Origin: a virus
Lineage: Duplodnaviria; Caudoviricetes
Virus record (IMG/VR): IMGVR_UViG_3300036546_000109
Span: 1 to 64,000 of that record
Length of the DNA: 64,000 nucleotides
Strand: one strand, 5' to 3'
Part shown: positions 19,773 to 28,955 of the stretch, in pieces
How the letters are laid out: every line of letters starts with the position of its first letter
How positions within the stretch are numbered: position 1 is the first letter of the stretch
Position numbers and translations under genes: made by a program
The notes under the pieces: generated by a model
Database searches by the model: none
The model's input: only the letters and a program-made list of their open reading frames with translations
Told to the model about the DNA's origin: nothing

Positions 19773-20704
19773 CTCTACATCGAATAGTTGTTGAAATGGA
19801 GGGCACCTCCTCAACACCTTATAAATCGGGACTTGTATAGGTGCTGTCCTTAAAGAAATTATAATTACTAAATATCTATTTTCAAATCCCCTATATTTCG
19901 GTGTAGGGGTGTTTTCTTGTGTCTGAAATATCTGTGTAGGAAATATCCTTATGAGGGTGGTGAAGCACATACACTTCCAGAATTCTATGGGTATCTATCA
20001 GGGTGTTTGTGTTTGAGTATTTACCAGCTCTATGTCCTAGGGGCTTAACAGCCCAGCCCACCACCAATAGACCCTCTCTATCAATATCAAAATATCCATA
20101 GGCATCCTCTATGTTACTGTATAGCACTATCTAACGGGTCGTCTACCGACCAGAAAGAGCTATAGTATAAGACTATTGAAAACACTGTATGTAAGCTTGA
20201 CTGTACATAATCCGATTTATGTTCAATGGAATACCAGAATGACCATAGGGAAACCTAATAACTCAATACTTCGTATTGGAATGATATTTGCTAGAGGATA
20301 GCTGACGCTATCGAGTATGGAGACAGTCTTTAACTGACGTTAAGGGATGATACAGGGTAAAAAGTACCATGAAGATGGTAATTAGTACCGTTCATGCTTA
20401 ACCACATATGTGGTCTCGCATTCACTCCAAAGGTATTAGAGGGGATATTTATATGGATAGTTTGAAGGGGAAATGGTGTTAGAGGGAGGTTTAGAGATAG
20501 CGTATACGCTGGCTTGTGTGCTTTCTCATGCTATCGCATGAAGAGGCAGTGCAAGGGGTGATAGTAAGTGATGCCTGGTAAGTGTAGGAAGAGACTAGAG
20601 AAAGGATTAGCGGGGCTGTATTGGGGGTTTAGGGGGGAGGCTAAGAAGGTTTTTAGATGTTTATGTGTTAGACAAAGAAAAGCCCCTGTTAAGGGGCTTT
20701 GTTA
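19773..20704. other. non-coding gap between convergent operons; candidate origin or genome-terminus region
   Basis: No credible ORF; several short palindromes; pronounced local skew. Confidence 0.45.
20670..20704 (-). terminator. intrinsic terminator, possibly bidirectional
   Basis: AAAGCCCC-TGTTAA-GGGGCTTT stem followed on the minus strand by TTCTTTGTCT. Confidence 0.7.
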
Positions 20705-21097
20705 TTAGTCTTGATTGTTAACAGTCTCGAGCATCACCATTTCCATTTCCTTTAGATATTGCTCTTTATCCTCCTTGCTGGCGGGGTCAATATGGGGATG
20801 ATCTCCCCACTTTTCTAGCATGATCTCGAAGTAGGCAGCCATCTGCTTTTCATACTTCTGCTTTGCCTTGAATCGCTTTATCGCAAGCTTCTCACCGGCA
20901 ATCAAGCCCGAATCGCCGGTCTTTTTGACGCATTCGCAACCAATACTAGAAACCTTCCCATCGCTGCTCTTAACGATGCTGACTTTTTTGATACCACGAC
21001 CACAGAAAGCGCAGCCAGTCGAACGTTCCTCATAACCAATAACCTTGAAGGGGGCCTGTCCTAGACCTGCTTCGGTGAAGACATGGGATGCTTTCAT
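20705..21097 (-). CDS. early hypothetical protein with a Zn-finger-like motif
   Basis: CAFC..GCEC; TAGG RBS; own promoter. Confidence 0.7.
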   Translation of the reverse strand: MKASHVFTEAGLGQAPFKVIGYEERSTGCAFCGRGIKKVSIVKSSDGKVSSIGCECVKKTGDSGLIAGEKLAIKRFKAKQKYEKQMAAYFEIMLEKWGDHPHIDPASKEDKEQYLKEMEMVMLETVNNQD

Positions 21098-21196
21098 GGT
21101 CTTGCCTACCTATTGTGTTTTGATGTGACCATCATATAAAAACCCGAGCCACGAGGCCAATTGAACTTTCCTATCGGCTAACCGGGAGTCATAAAT

Positions 21197-21379
21197 TCAA
21201 TCAATTGGCGTGCCGATAGCTTTAGAAACGTCCGAGGCATACCAATAGCCTTTAGATGGTTGCTTCATGCTTTCCAGCTTATTACTGGCTGCAATCAACT
21301 GCTGTTCGGTTGTGTGTCCAGCATCCCAGAACATGCGAAGGGCTGTACGCTTGTTTACTGCCAGTTCGTTAACGTTCAT
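21197..21379 (-). CDS. early hypothetical protein
   Basis: GGAG RBS before MNVNELAVNK. Confidence 0.55.
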   Translation of the reverse strand: MNVNELAVNKRTALRMFWDAGHTTEQQLIAASNKLESMKQPSKGYWYASDVSKAIGTPID

Positions 21380-21564
21380 ACTATACGCTCCCAAGCTTCG
21401 CCGTTGTCTGTAAACACTCGCACTTCGCCAGTCAATTCATTCTCAACCCGGACAGTTTGCCATTTACCATAGATGTTAGAGATAAAATCGACATATTCCG
21501 CTTTGCTCAGACGTTCACAGTTGGTCAGTGTTCCGTTGGTTTGAACAAGGTGGCAAGTGTACAT
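21376..21564 (-). CDS. early hypothetical protein
   Basis: GAGGG RBS, own promoter. Confidence 0.65.
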   Translation of the reverse strand: MYTCHLVQTNGTLTNCERLSKAEYVDFISNIYGKWQTVRVENELTGEVRVFTDNGEAWERIV

Positions 21565-21636
21565 TTTGAAGCCCTCGGTTTGCGTTTCGTTGGTGTAATT
21601 CTAGGGCTTTTTATCCACCTTGTATAATTGAAGTTT

Positions 21637-21942
21637 TTAATAGTCTGTATTAATTCGATAGCCGTTTTCTATGGCCCACTTTTCGGCATCTTGCCTTGTA
21701 TTAAAAACAGGACTCGTAATTCCTACCATATAATTCTCATGATTGTTTTGATAAACAGTACAGGACGGCCTTGTCTGCAATTCGAATACGCACGGACTGC
21801 AAGGTAAAGGTTTGCCATTATCTGAGTATTTAAGCTGTTCATTAAACTTATTACACAAACTTAGTACAGCACCGTCTTGATAATACTTACAATTATAAGA
21901 GCAATGTCTGCCATTTAGTTTTTGGTCTACTGTTTTATTCAT
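21637..21942 (-). CDS. hypothetical protein, Cys-rich
   Basis: 101 aa ORF. Confidence 0.55.
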   Translation of the reverse strand: MNKTVDQKLNGRHCSYNCKYYQDGAVLSLCNKFNEQLKYSDNGKPLPCSPCVFELQTRPSCTVYQNNHENYMVGITSPVFNTRQDAEKWAIENGYRINTDY

Positions 21943-22093
21943 TTTTGATCTACCACAAGAATTAGGACTTGTGCGTCTTTTCTACACTCATCGTAGGGTA
22001 TGCTCATGCCACTTTTACTATCAATTTTCAGATGAATCATTCCAAACTTCGAGATGTTTGCAATTCTCGGAGCAAAACACTTTTGCAGATTTA

Positions 22094-22402
22094 TTAGTCA
22101 TTCTTATTATCTCCATGCCAATATTGATCATATTCAGGATTAGCTTGCATAAGAATATAATTCATTTGTGAGTCAATTTTAGAAAGCTTTTTTCTTAGTT
22201 CTCTGATCTCATCTATGTGAGGATGCGGCTTGCATGTATTATAATTCATTGTACGCAATACGTACAAGCGGTCTTCCCAGACTTGCGCACGTTTGTCCAG
22301 CTCTTTCCATTCATCAGGATATACGGCAATTTTGGGGCTGTTCAAAAGCTTAGACATTTGCCCGCTTTTAATGTATCCACTGACTGAAATGTGCGTTTTC
22401 AT
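22094..22402 (-). CDS. hypothetical protein
   Basis: CAGG RBS after the promoter at 22440-22468; start adjusted. Confidence 0.6.
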   Translation of the reverse strand: MKTHISVSGYIKSGQMSKLLNSPKIAVYPDEWKELDKRAQVWEDRLYVLRTMNYNTCKPHPHIDEIRELRKKLSKIDSQMNYILMQANPEYDQYWHGDNKND

Positions 22403-22482
22403 GGCTTTTGGTTCCTGTATTTGCTTGTCTGATGTGCAAATAGTAAAGCCCTCAACGTATGCTGTCAAGGGCTTTTAAGAGA

Positions 22483-22737
22483 TTATTTACTGTTGTCTGC
22501 ATCGTCCATATACACACGACCGGAAGGGGTGATGGCAATCACAACGTTAGCCAGTTCAGAGGGGCCATAATTCAGGCCATAGACAAAGCCAGCATTGGGG
22601 CGTGTCTTGCCACGATAGAGCTTGCCGTTCTCATCTGTCAGAGTGAAGCTGTAAACAGAGTTGCCGTATACAGTGTTACGCTCGCGGTTCCAATCAAGGA
22701 TGGTTGCTTTTGCGATGGCGGTTTTGGTGGTTTTCAT
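22483..22737 (-). CDS. early hypothetical protein
   Basis: TAAGG RBS in a CA-rich leader; start adjusted to MKTTKTA. Confidence 0.65.
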   Translation of the reverse strand: MKTTKTAIAKATILDWNRERNTVYGNSVYSFTLTDENGKLYRGKTRPNAGFVYGLNYGPSELANVVIAITPSGRVYMDDADNSK

Positions 22738-22824
22738 GGTGTTTTCCTTAGCCTTTCTGGCTGTTTCGTTTGCTGTTGGTGTTATTCTAGCGCCCCTTTC
22801 GAGGCGCTGCAAGCTTTATTTTCC

Positions 22825-23064
22825 TTATTTTGTGCTCCAAAGCTGCCCAGCGTTTGCTTCTTTTGCACAATGCTCGGCTGCGGCGTTCACCAGCTTACAA
22901 ACAGCCTCAACCACGTTAGGCACTCCCATCGACAATGCTTGCATTGTAAGCGCCTCGGTTTGACCGTTAGTCTTAGCGACCACTTTCACGGCGTCCTCGA
23001 TGGCAATTTTAAGGAATGCAGGGGATGCTTTAAAAGCTTCGGCGGTGTAGGTTGTCTTAGTCAT
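22825..23064 (-). CDS. early hypothetical protein
   Basis: CAGG RBS, own promoter. Confidence 0.65.
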   Translation of the reverse strand: MTKTTYTAEAFKASPAFLKIAIEDAVKVVAKTNGQTEALTMQALSMGVPNVVEAVCKLVNAAAEHCAKEANAGQLWSTK

Positions 23065-23275
23065 GGCTCTGATTCCTGTCTATCTTTGGTTGGAAGCTTG
23101 TCTCGCTTCGTTGGAGATATATTAGCATTCTGAGCTATGGAGTCAATAGGGGAAGTGAAAATAAATTGAGAAATTTTAGAAAGAAAAAGCTTGTATCCTG
23201 TGCAGGGCTGTGAGAATATAGCCACATGGAGACACGTCCGAGAAGGGATGGTGCCTGTTCGTAAACTCACAGGTC

Positions 23276-23307
23276 AGACAAAAGAAAAGGGCCTTTCGGC
23301 CCTTCCT
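23276..23307 (-). terminator. intrinsic terminator
   Basis: AAGGGCC-GAAA-GGCCCTT stem followed by TTCTTTTGTCT. Confidence 0.75.
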
Positions 23308-23442
23308 TTACACTTCCTCTAGCTTGTAGTCGAAGCGTCCGCGCAGCCCTTTGGTGTTGATGAGGGTGAGAACATCTAGAGCCGCTTGCTTGTCGCTGTA
23401 GAGGGGGAAGACGCGGATGCTGTCGAGGGTGATAGCGTACAT
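23308..23442 (-). CDS. small early protein, 44 aa
   Basis: TAGGAG RBS, strong promoter, terminator; manually translated MYAITLDSIRVF... Confidence 0.65.
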   Translation of the reverse strand: MYAITLDSIRVFPLYSDKQAALDVLTLINTKGLRGRFDYKLEEV

Positions 23443-23631
23443 GATGTTTCTCCTAGGTGGTGTTTGCTTTGTATGGGTTCATTATACACCGGCTGGAAAG
23501 CGCGTCAACGCTTTTCTTCATTGGAATTTTCTATCGATTGGTTGACCCTGATAGGCTACTAAATTTAAGGCACATCCCTGCCTCGTAGTGTGTCCCCGTG
23601 ATTCATATACTACGCAAAAGAAAAAGCCGGG

Positions 23632-23754
23632 TCAAGCCCCGGCGAGAAAAATTTCCAGCATTTTTGTGCAAGCCAAGAACATTCCGCCAGCGAAAACGAG
23701 GCCCCCTGCAATTGTTGCTGCTGCAATGAGGGATATATAGGCTTTATCGGACAT
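23632..23754 (-). CDS. small hydrophobic protein, 40 aa
   Basis: GAGG RBS; MSDKAYISLIAAATIAGGLVFAGGMFL... Confidence 0.55.
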   Translation of the reverse strand: MSDKAYISLIAAATIAGGLVFAGGMFLACTKMLEIFLAGA

Positions 23755-23805
23755 TTTAAACCTCGGTTTCAAGAGACATGAATTGGCTATGCCAATGTTG
23801 GACGA

Positions 23806-23934
23806 TTATTTTACAGACAGCACCCAGAAAGCGCCGTCATGCTCAAGCTTTACGCTTTCTTTCCAGTCTTTACCGTATACGCGCTTAGCTTCAGTGATAG
23901 CGTCATTGCGGGAGAAGTGGCGAGTGGTTTGCAT
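23806..23934 (-). CDS. small early protein, 42 aa
   Basis: GGAG RBS behind the promoter at 23973-24000. Confidence 0.6.
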   Translation of the reverse strand: MQTTRHFSRNDAITEAKRVYGKDWKESVKLEHDGAFWVLSVK

Positions 23935-24157
23935 GGTTGTCGCTCCGTTGGCTGTTTTGCTTTCTTGTGTTTAGTATACACCAGCCACAAACAGAGTCAA
24001 CGCATTTATCCAATGAATGTTTCAATCGATCACAGCACATCAATAGATTTTCTTAGGATAGCGACCACACTCCCCGTTTGTCTTCCCGTTCTAGCCGTCT
24101 TGTGGTCATCTTAGCGACCTTCGATGAACATGTCAATAGCTCATTTCATCTTCTTAC

Positions 24158-24192
24158 AGACAAAAGAAAGCCCCGCTCGAAAGCAGGGCTTG
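24158..24192 (-). terminator. intrinsic terminator
   Basis: AAGCCC...GGGGCTT stem followed by TCTTTTGTCT. Confidence 0.7.
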
Positions 24193-24205
24193 TGTAATTT
24201 ATTGA

Positions 24206-24457
24206 TTATTCCTCGTCTTCCTCTCCGCTTACCAGCTCCTCAAGGATAGCTTCTGCACGCTCTACCACCTTCACCATATCCTGACCGTACAAACCATTGT
24301 CAAAGCCTGTAGCACGACAGTCAGTGTTCTGGTATTTGCCGGAGTAGTCGCCGCACCAGATGTTGAAATAAGCGCCGTTAACAGTGATGAGGATGTCAAA
24401 ATCTTCGTTGGTAGCAACGATATAACCGTATTCGATAACTTCGTGGATGCTGTTCAT
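24206..24457 (-). CDS. early hypothetical protein, acidic
   Basis: TAAGG RBS in a CA-rich leader. Confidence 0.65.
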   Translation of the reverse strand: MNSIHEVIEYGYIVATNEDFDILITVNGAYFNIWCGDYSGKYQNTDCRATGFDNGLYGQDMVKVVERAEAILEELVSGEEDEE

Positions 24458-24806
24458 TTCGTTTTTTCCTTAGCCTTTGGGCTTTTCGTTTGCTGTTGGG
24501 GTCATCCTAACAGCTTGGTTTGTGGTGTCAACAGCTACTTCGCTTTATTTTTAATCTTTCTGTTTGACGCTATCTGTTTGAGTATTGGCCAGACTACAGC
24601 CTGCATACATTCTTCGATGATAAAATCGGCCATAATCAGTAGCCAAGCCAGATCAGAACAGCCTGAGCTTCGTAGCTGTTACGCAGCCCCATGTCCTGCA
24701 CAAACTCTTCCCAGCTAGCCCCATCAGGAAGCCTAGACAGGTTGCGAAAGCTTCCATAGCTGCCATTTGTGTGCTGTTAGGGAGCCATTCGTTAGGGGGC
24801 TTCATA

Positions 24807-25046
24807 TCACAGCCCAACCATTGCAGCACGGATGCCAGCCTTAGACCACTTTACGCCATCGTCAGTGTGGGTAATTCCACGGCTGTGCAGTTCGTCAAGG
24901 ACATTCTGAGCTGCTTTGTCCTTCGTACCAGAGCAATTATTTACATGTTCAACCATCATCTGATACAAGCCGTAATCGTTATTCAGCCAAAGCGATTGAT
25001 TCCACTGGGCGTAGTTCTTGTGGCCGTTGTAGGATTTAGTGGTCAT
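24807..25046 (-). CDS. conserved phage hypothetical protein
   Basis: YNGHKNY..WN.SLWLNND.GLY motif seen in many phage early genes. Confidence 0.7.
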   Translation of the reverse strand: MTTKSYNGHKNYAQWNQSLWLNNDYGLYQMMVEHVNNCSGTKDKAAQNVLDELHSRGITHTDDGVKWSKAGIRAAMVGL

Positions 25047-25148
25047 GTCTGCGATTCCTGTTCTATCTGGAAGACACTGTGTCTTCTATGTTGTGTTCAT
25101 TCTACAACATACAGCTTTGATGGCAAATTAATTGTTTCTATCAGAAAA

Positions 25149-25529
25149 CTAGTAATTAATAGAGCCAAGCCTGTCCATGTATTTCTTACCTGCTAATTTT
25201 GGCTCAAGAACGTAAACTATTTTTGATTTATAAGACCCATCCCTAAAATCATCCTCACTTGGCGGATAATAGGCAAAGTATTCCCATTCTCCTATCTTGT
25301 TCGCTTTGTACAGCTCATTAACCTTATCATCGTCGATTGGATTGTTGCCTTCTTTTTGCATCTGCCAGTTTACGCGCTCTTTATAACCTTTTAGTGTTAG
25401 TTTTTGCAATTGGGCGCTGTTGAGTGTTTTTGCTAGTGGTTGGAAGTCCTTGACAAACCCATTCCACACCATAATTTCGGGGTTTCCTTTCACACTCTCT
25501 AGCAATGCAATTAATTCATTTTTTCTCAT
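25149..25529 (-). CDS. hypothetical protein
   Basis: Start adjusted to MRKNELIA. Confidence 0.6.
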   Translation of the reverse strand: MRKNELIALLESVKGNPEIMVWNGFVKDFQPLAKTLNSAQLQKLTLKGYKERVNWQMQKEGNNPIDDDKVNELYKANKIGEWEYFAYYPPSEDDFRDGSYKSKIVYVLEPKLAGKKYMDRLGSINY

Positions 25530-25719
25530 AAACACCCCACGATTTGGAAAGTTTAAAATTTTGTCTGTAATATGATAAATCACTAACGTGAACAATGCTC
25601 ACAGTTTCACTCATGTTCTCATAACCACTATCAAAAATGAATGCTTGACCGTTTTCGATCTTATACCAACGAGATTGCTTCATGTTCTTTGGTTCCAAAT
25701 TTAATTTCTTGGTAATCAT
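25516..25719 (-). CDS. hypothetical protein
   Basis: ORF track; true start probably further in. Confidence 0.5.
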   Translation of the reverse strand: MITKKLNLEPKNMKQSRWYKIENGQAFIFDSGYENMSETVSIVHVSDLSYYRQNFKLSKSWGVYEKK

Positions 25720-25963
25720 CTGACATATATGACATTTCAGGTAGTTCGTACCTGTAGCACCATGTTCCGCATGGCCACAAGATTATGTCTTCGTGGTCTG
25801 CTAGATTGCTTGAACAATCAGGGCAAAGTTCCACAGGACTCCAATGCTCGCACATAATCCGCCCCATGTCAGTACCACACCTTGCCATCATTCGACCATT
25901 GTTTGATGAGTCGAGCACGTTGTTTGCACCAATAGACGCCACCAATCTTATCGTTTCCTGCAT
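25661..25963 (-). CDS. hypothetical protein, Cys-rich
   Basis: CEHW..CPDC..CGTWC; start uncertain. Confidence 0.5.
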   Translation of the reverse strand: MQETIRLVASIGANNVLDSSNNGRMMARCGTDMGRIMCEHWSPVELCPDCSSNLADHEDIILWPCGTWCYRYELPEMSYMSDDYQEIKFGTKEHEAISLV

Positions 25964-26105
25964 CGTATGTATAGAAGATGCCTTTATTTGCTTTAGCGGC
26001 TTTGCAAGCTTCTTGATAGGTCATTTCGTGTTGCTCCGTGTTTGTTTCTGTTGTGCTCATTATACGGGAATCTAAAACCACCACAAATTGATTATTTCTA
26101 TAGCT

Positions 26106-26294
26106 TCAATGCTTTGCGATAGATTCTTCCAATGATTCCTCCTTCATTTCCTCACAATAACTATGAATGCCTTGCTTGCGCTGATATGAGCTTTCCATAA
26201 CACAAGTCGTCATGTCTTCGTACAGCTCAGGGCTAAGATCGTGGCATTGCCCATTAGACAGACATACACTCACCACAAGAGCATAGAGAATCAT
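26106..26294 (-). CDS. small protein with a hydrophobic N-terminus
   Basis: MILYALVVSVCLSNGQC..C..C; start adjusted. Confidence 0.55.
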   Translation of the reverse strand: MILYALVVSVCLSNGQCHDLSPELYEDMTTCVMESSYQRKQGIHSYCEEMKEESLEESIAKH

Positions 26295-26608
26295 TATCAA
26301 ACAACCCCATATTCTTCGTTTTGTGTTTCGATTACAGCAAGGCTCCAAACTACAAGAAGCAAAGGAACCAAAGCCAATATAGGATGTTGTATAACAGCCC
26401 ACCCAAGCATTAGAAAGCCCATGATGTTCTCCTTTGTCAGTTTATCCGACTACCGCCAATCGTAAGAAATACGCTTGTTTTGTGTGCTAACAGCGGCCTT
26501 TACATATGCTGCCATTCCATACGGAAAGCTTGTCTGTGTTTCCATTGTAGCCGCCTTGTTCACAGAAAGCATCAGGCGTTGACGGAGAGATAAGGGCTTT
26601 TTCATTTC

Positions 26609-26884
26609 TCAGCCCTCAAAATCTTCGATTTCTGACCCTTCGATGTAACTTACCAGTGTTTTCAGTACTGGTAACACTTTATCACGGTTTTCTAGAAGAT
26701 GTAGGCACATTCTAAATTGATCGTTTCGCGTTACATTGCCGTTCGTTGCTTTCATGGCCTCTAGTAACAACCCATCAAATTCCTCTCCGATGCAATCCAG
26801 GTCATGCTTTTTACAGTCTTTCTCATTTGTGAAAAGTTTACCATCTACAGCTTCAAACATAGATACCAATTTCATCTTCTTCAC
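26609..26884 (-). CDS. hypothetical protein
   Basis: FEAVDGKLF.NEKDC motif; own promoter. Confidence 0.65.
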   Translation of the reverse strand: MKKMKLVSMFEAVDGKLFTNEKDCKKHDLDCIGEEFDGLLLEAMKATNGNVTRNDQFRMCLHLLENRDKVLPVLKTLVSYIEGSEIEDFEG

Positions 26885-26979
26885 CTTGCTGTGTTAGGTT
26901 TTCGTTTCTGTTGGGGTTATTCTGACCCAATGCGCCTGTGTCGTCAAGAGGTTTTAAAGGAAAACCCACACAAAAGATT

Positions 26980-27195
26980 CTATTGGTCTTGGCTCTTCAA
27001 TAGCTTTAACTTATCAGCAGCCTCTGTATGCGCCACTAAGCGCTCCATAGCTTCTAGCTGGCGTTGCTGTTGTGCATATTCAAGCTTCCTGTTGCTATGA
27101 GCGTTAGCTAATAGACGCCAAATATAGATGATGACCCACAATCCGCCCGTTAGGAAGATCATCAAGATATGCAGGATGTGCCATGTCGATTTCAT
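26980..27195 (-). CDS. small membrane protein
   Basis: HILHILMIFLTGGLW TM segment; GAGGAG RBS. Confidence 0.65.
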   Translation of the reverse strand: MKSTWHILHILMIFLTGGLWVIIYIWRLLANAHSNRKLEYAQQQRQLEAMERLVAHTEAADKLKLLKSQDQ

Positions 27196-27207
27196 TGTGT
27201 ACGCTCC

Positions 27208-27951
27208 TCAAAACAAAATTACAAACGTTATAAAGCTTAGGACAACACCCCCAATATAAGGGCTAAGCTTTTCTTTGTCAACAGACATTTTCTTATTTAC
27301 TACTGATTTCACTATGTCTTTTAGCTTGTTGTGTGTGAGGATGAAAACGTTTCCACCTTCCCACCATTCGCGTTTTTCTACGATGTTTTTCCCTACTATC
27401 TCTGCCCGATCTTGCCATTCTGGCAGCATTTCTTCGTCTTCTTCTGCGTCAGGATCAACCCCGAGGGCTTTACAGCGAGATTTCCATGCTCTATGCCTCT
27501 TTTGCTCCAAAGCGAAGATAAGCTGTTTAAATTCTTCCTCGCTTATCTCTTCATTCTCAAAAGCTCTATAAAGCTCCGCCTCTTGCTTATCCAGACGATC
27601 CAATGTCTTCTCTTGTGGAACAATTTGATGTGCAATTGGAATTGTTTTCTTAGCTGGGGTTTTCTTTTGATTAAGACCCAAAGCTTCATCACTAAAAGCT
27701 TTAATGTTCGGCTTTCCGTCTTTTGTCCAGACTTTATCGGTCGGAAGCTCACCTGCTACAGAAAGCTTGTTCGGCAATTCTTTACGCATAGCCCAATAGT
27801 CTGACCCTTGCAAGTCATTTATCTGACCAGTGATAGACGACCGAAACTGGCGTCCGTTTCTCGACAGACCTTTCCATTCGTCCTGTGTCCCGTCTTCGCA
27901 CGTAGCACCTATGCCAGACCTAAATCCGTAACCCCTTGGGATGCTAATCAT
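27208..27951 (-). CDS. hypothetical protein with a C-terminal membrane anchor
   Basis: 247 aa, GAGG RBS, own promoter. Confidence 0.7.
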   Translation of the reverse strand: MISIPRGYGFRSGIGATCEDGTQDEWKGLSRNGRQFRSSITGQINDLQGSDYWAMRKELPNKLSVAGELPTDKVWTKDGKPNIKAFSDEALGLNQKKTPAKKTIPIAHQIVPQEKTLDRLDKQEAELYRAFENEEISEEEFKQLIFALEQKRHRAWKSRCKALGVDPDAEEDEEMLPEWQDRAEIVGKNIVEKREWWEGGNVFILTHNKLKDIVKSVVNKKMSVDKEKLSPYIGGVVLSFITFVILF

Positions 27952-28172
27952 TTTCCTTTTCCTCTAGTCGTATGCTTTCCAAGATATTAGAGCAAGGTAG
28001 ACACGTTCGTCAAGAAGATTTTTATAAATTTCTGCGACTTCCTTCACAACACGTTCTTTATTTTCCGCATACCACAGAACACCTTGTTCCCGGCTTTTAA
28101 AATAAGGTACATCCGACCTACTGAACCAGACATTTTCTTTTCCTCTTACAGCTAAATTGCTTTGATGTGCCT

Positions 28173-28211
28173 AGAATAAAAGAAAAGCTCCGAGGAGTCA
28201 ACCAAGGAGCT
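28173..28211 (-). terminator. intrinsic terminator
   Basis: AAGCTCC...GGAGCTT stem followed by TTCTTTTATTCT. Confidence 0.6.
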
Positions 28212-28374
28212 TATGAAAAGAATCTATTGATCTTAGTCAGCCGATTGCCAACGGTTATTACGATTCTTGCGAAGCTCACGGAAGTTTTTATGTTCCTTGC
28301 GCTCTTTCTGCTTGCTGTTGCTATATTCGTTGTGTTGATCTTGTGCATTCATACGGATTTTCATTTCTCTCTCC

Positions 28375-28626
28375 TCAATACATTTTCGTCTGTTTAAGCT
28401 GCTTTTCTCGGGCAGTTGAGATATTCTGGATCAGGATTAATCCCTTGTCAAAAGCTTTCTTTGCTTTTTCTTCATCTTTGAACATCTCTCGAACATCGTG
28501 GGAAAGCTGAGCTGTTGCCCATGCTCGCCAATATCCCAAATCATAAGCGTTGATGGCTTTAGAAACGTATTGTAGATTTTTGTATACGTTCCAAGCTGCT
28601 GAGAGGTGTTGGTTATAGCCTAGCAT
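28375..28626 (-). CDS. hypothetical protein
   Basis: CAGGAG RBS. Confidence 0.6.
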   Translation of the reverse strand: MLGYNQHLSAAWNVYKNLQYVSKAINAYDLGYWRAWATAQLSHDVREMFKDEEKAKKAFDKGLILIQNISTAREKQLKQTKMY

Positions 28627-28644
28627 AGCTATTCTCCTGAAAAA

Positions 28645-28887
28645 TTACACAATTTTGGGATGTGTCTCACACTGCATCTTAACATCATACCCACGGCCAT
28701 CAAGTTTAAGCAACTTTTTACCTGTATCTACCCATATGTAGCCGTATTCTTTCTTGTGAAAGCTGCACATATACGGGCCTTCCGCATAAACTCCCGCGCC
28801 CTTCTTTAGCCAGTAATTGCACATACCCATTTGTTCGTTGGTCAGCCACTCGGCGTCAAGTTTTTCAATCTGAGACATGGTTTTCAT
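28645..28887 (-). CDS. hypothetical protein
   Basis: GGAG RBS. Confidence 0.6.
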   Translation of the reverse strand: MKTMSQIEKLDAEWLTNEQMGMCNYWLKKGAGVYAEGPYMCSFHKKEYGYIWVDTGKKLLKLDGRGYDVKMQCETHPKIV

Positions 28888-28955
28888 TTCGCAACTCCGG
28901 TCGGTTTATGGTTATTAGTATAGACTTGACATTTGCTTGTGTATAATTGGAATTT

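Larger units (their letters stand above)
21131..28013 (-). promoter_or_regulatory. array of at least 14 sigma70-like early promoters
   Basis: -35/-10 pairs at 21131-21160, 21598-21626, 22440-22468, 22784-22812, 23119-23146, 23481-23508, 23607-23635, 23973-24000, 24108-24136, 24504-24531, 25099-25126, 26059-26086, 26919-26947, 27984-28013 (spacers 16-18 bp). Confidence 0.7.

Noticed and set aside
22459-23133. 224-aa plus-strand ORF
   Set aside because: Antisense to two promoter- and RBS-supported early genes and crosses their promoters.
26420-26452. In-frame TAG between two small ORFs, suggesting read-through or recoding
   Set aside because: The downstream ORF has its own AAGGAG RBS, and TAG terminates other genes normally in this window.
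21131-28013. Repeated motifs in the early region considered as a CRISPR-like array
   Set aside because: Repeats are imperfect, irregularly spaced and coincide with promoters, leaders and terminators flanking ORFs.
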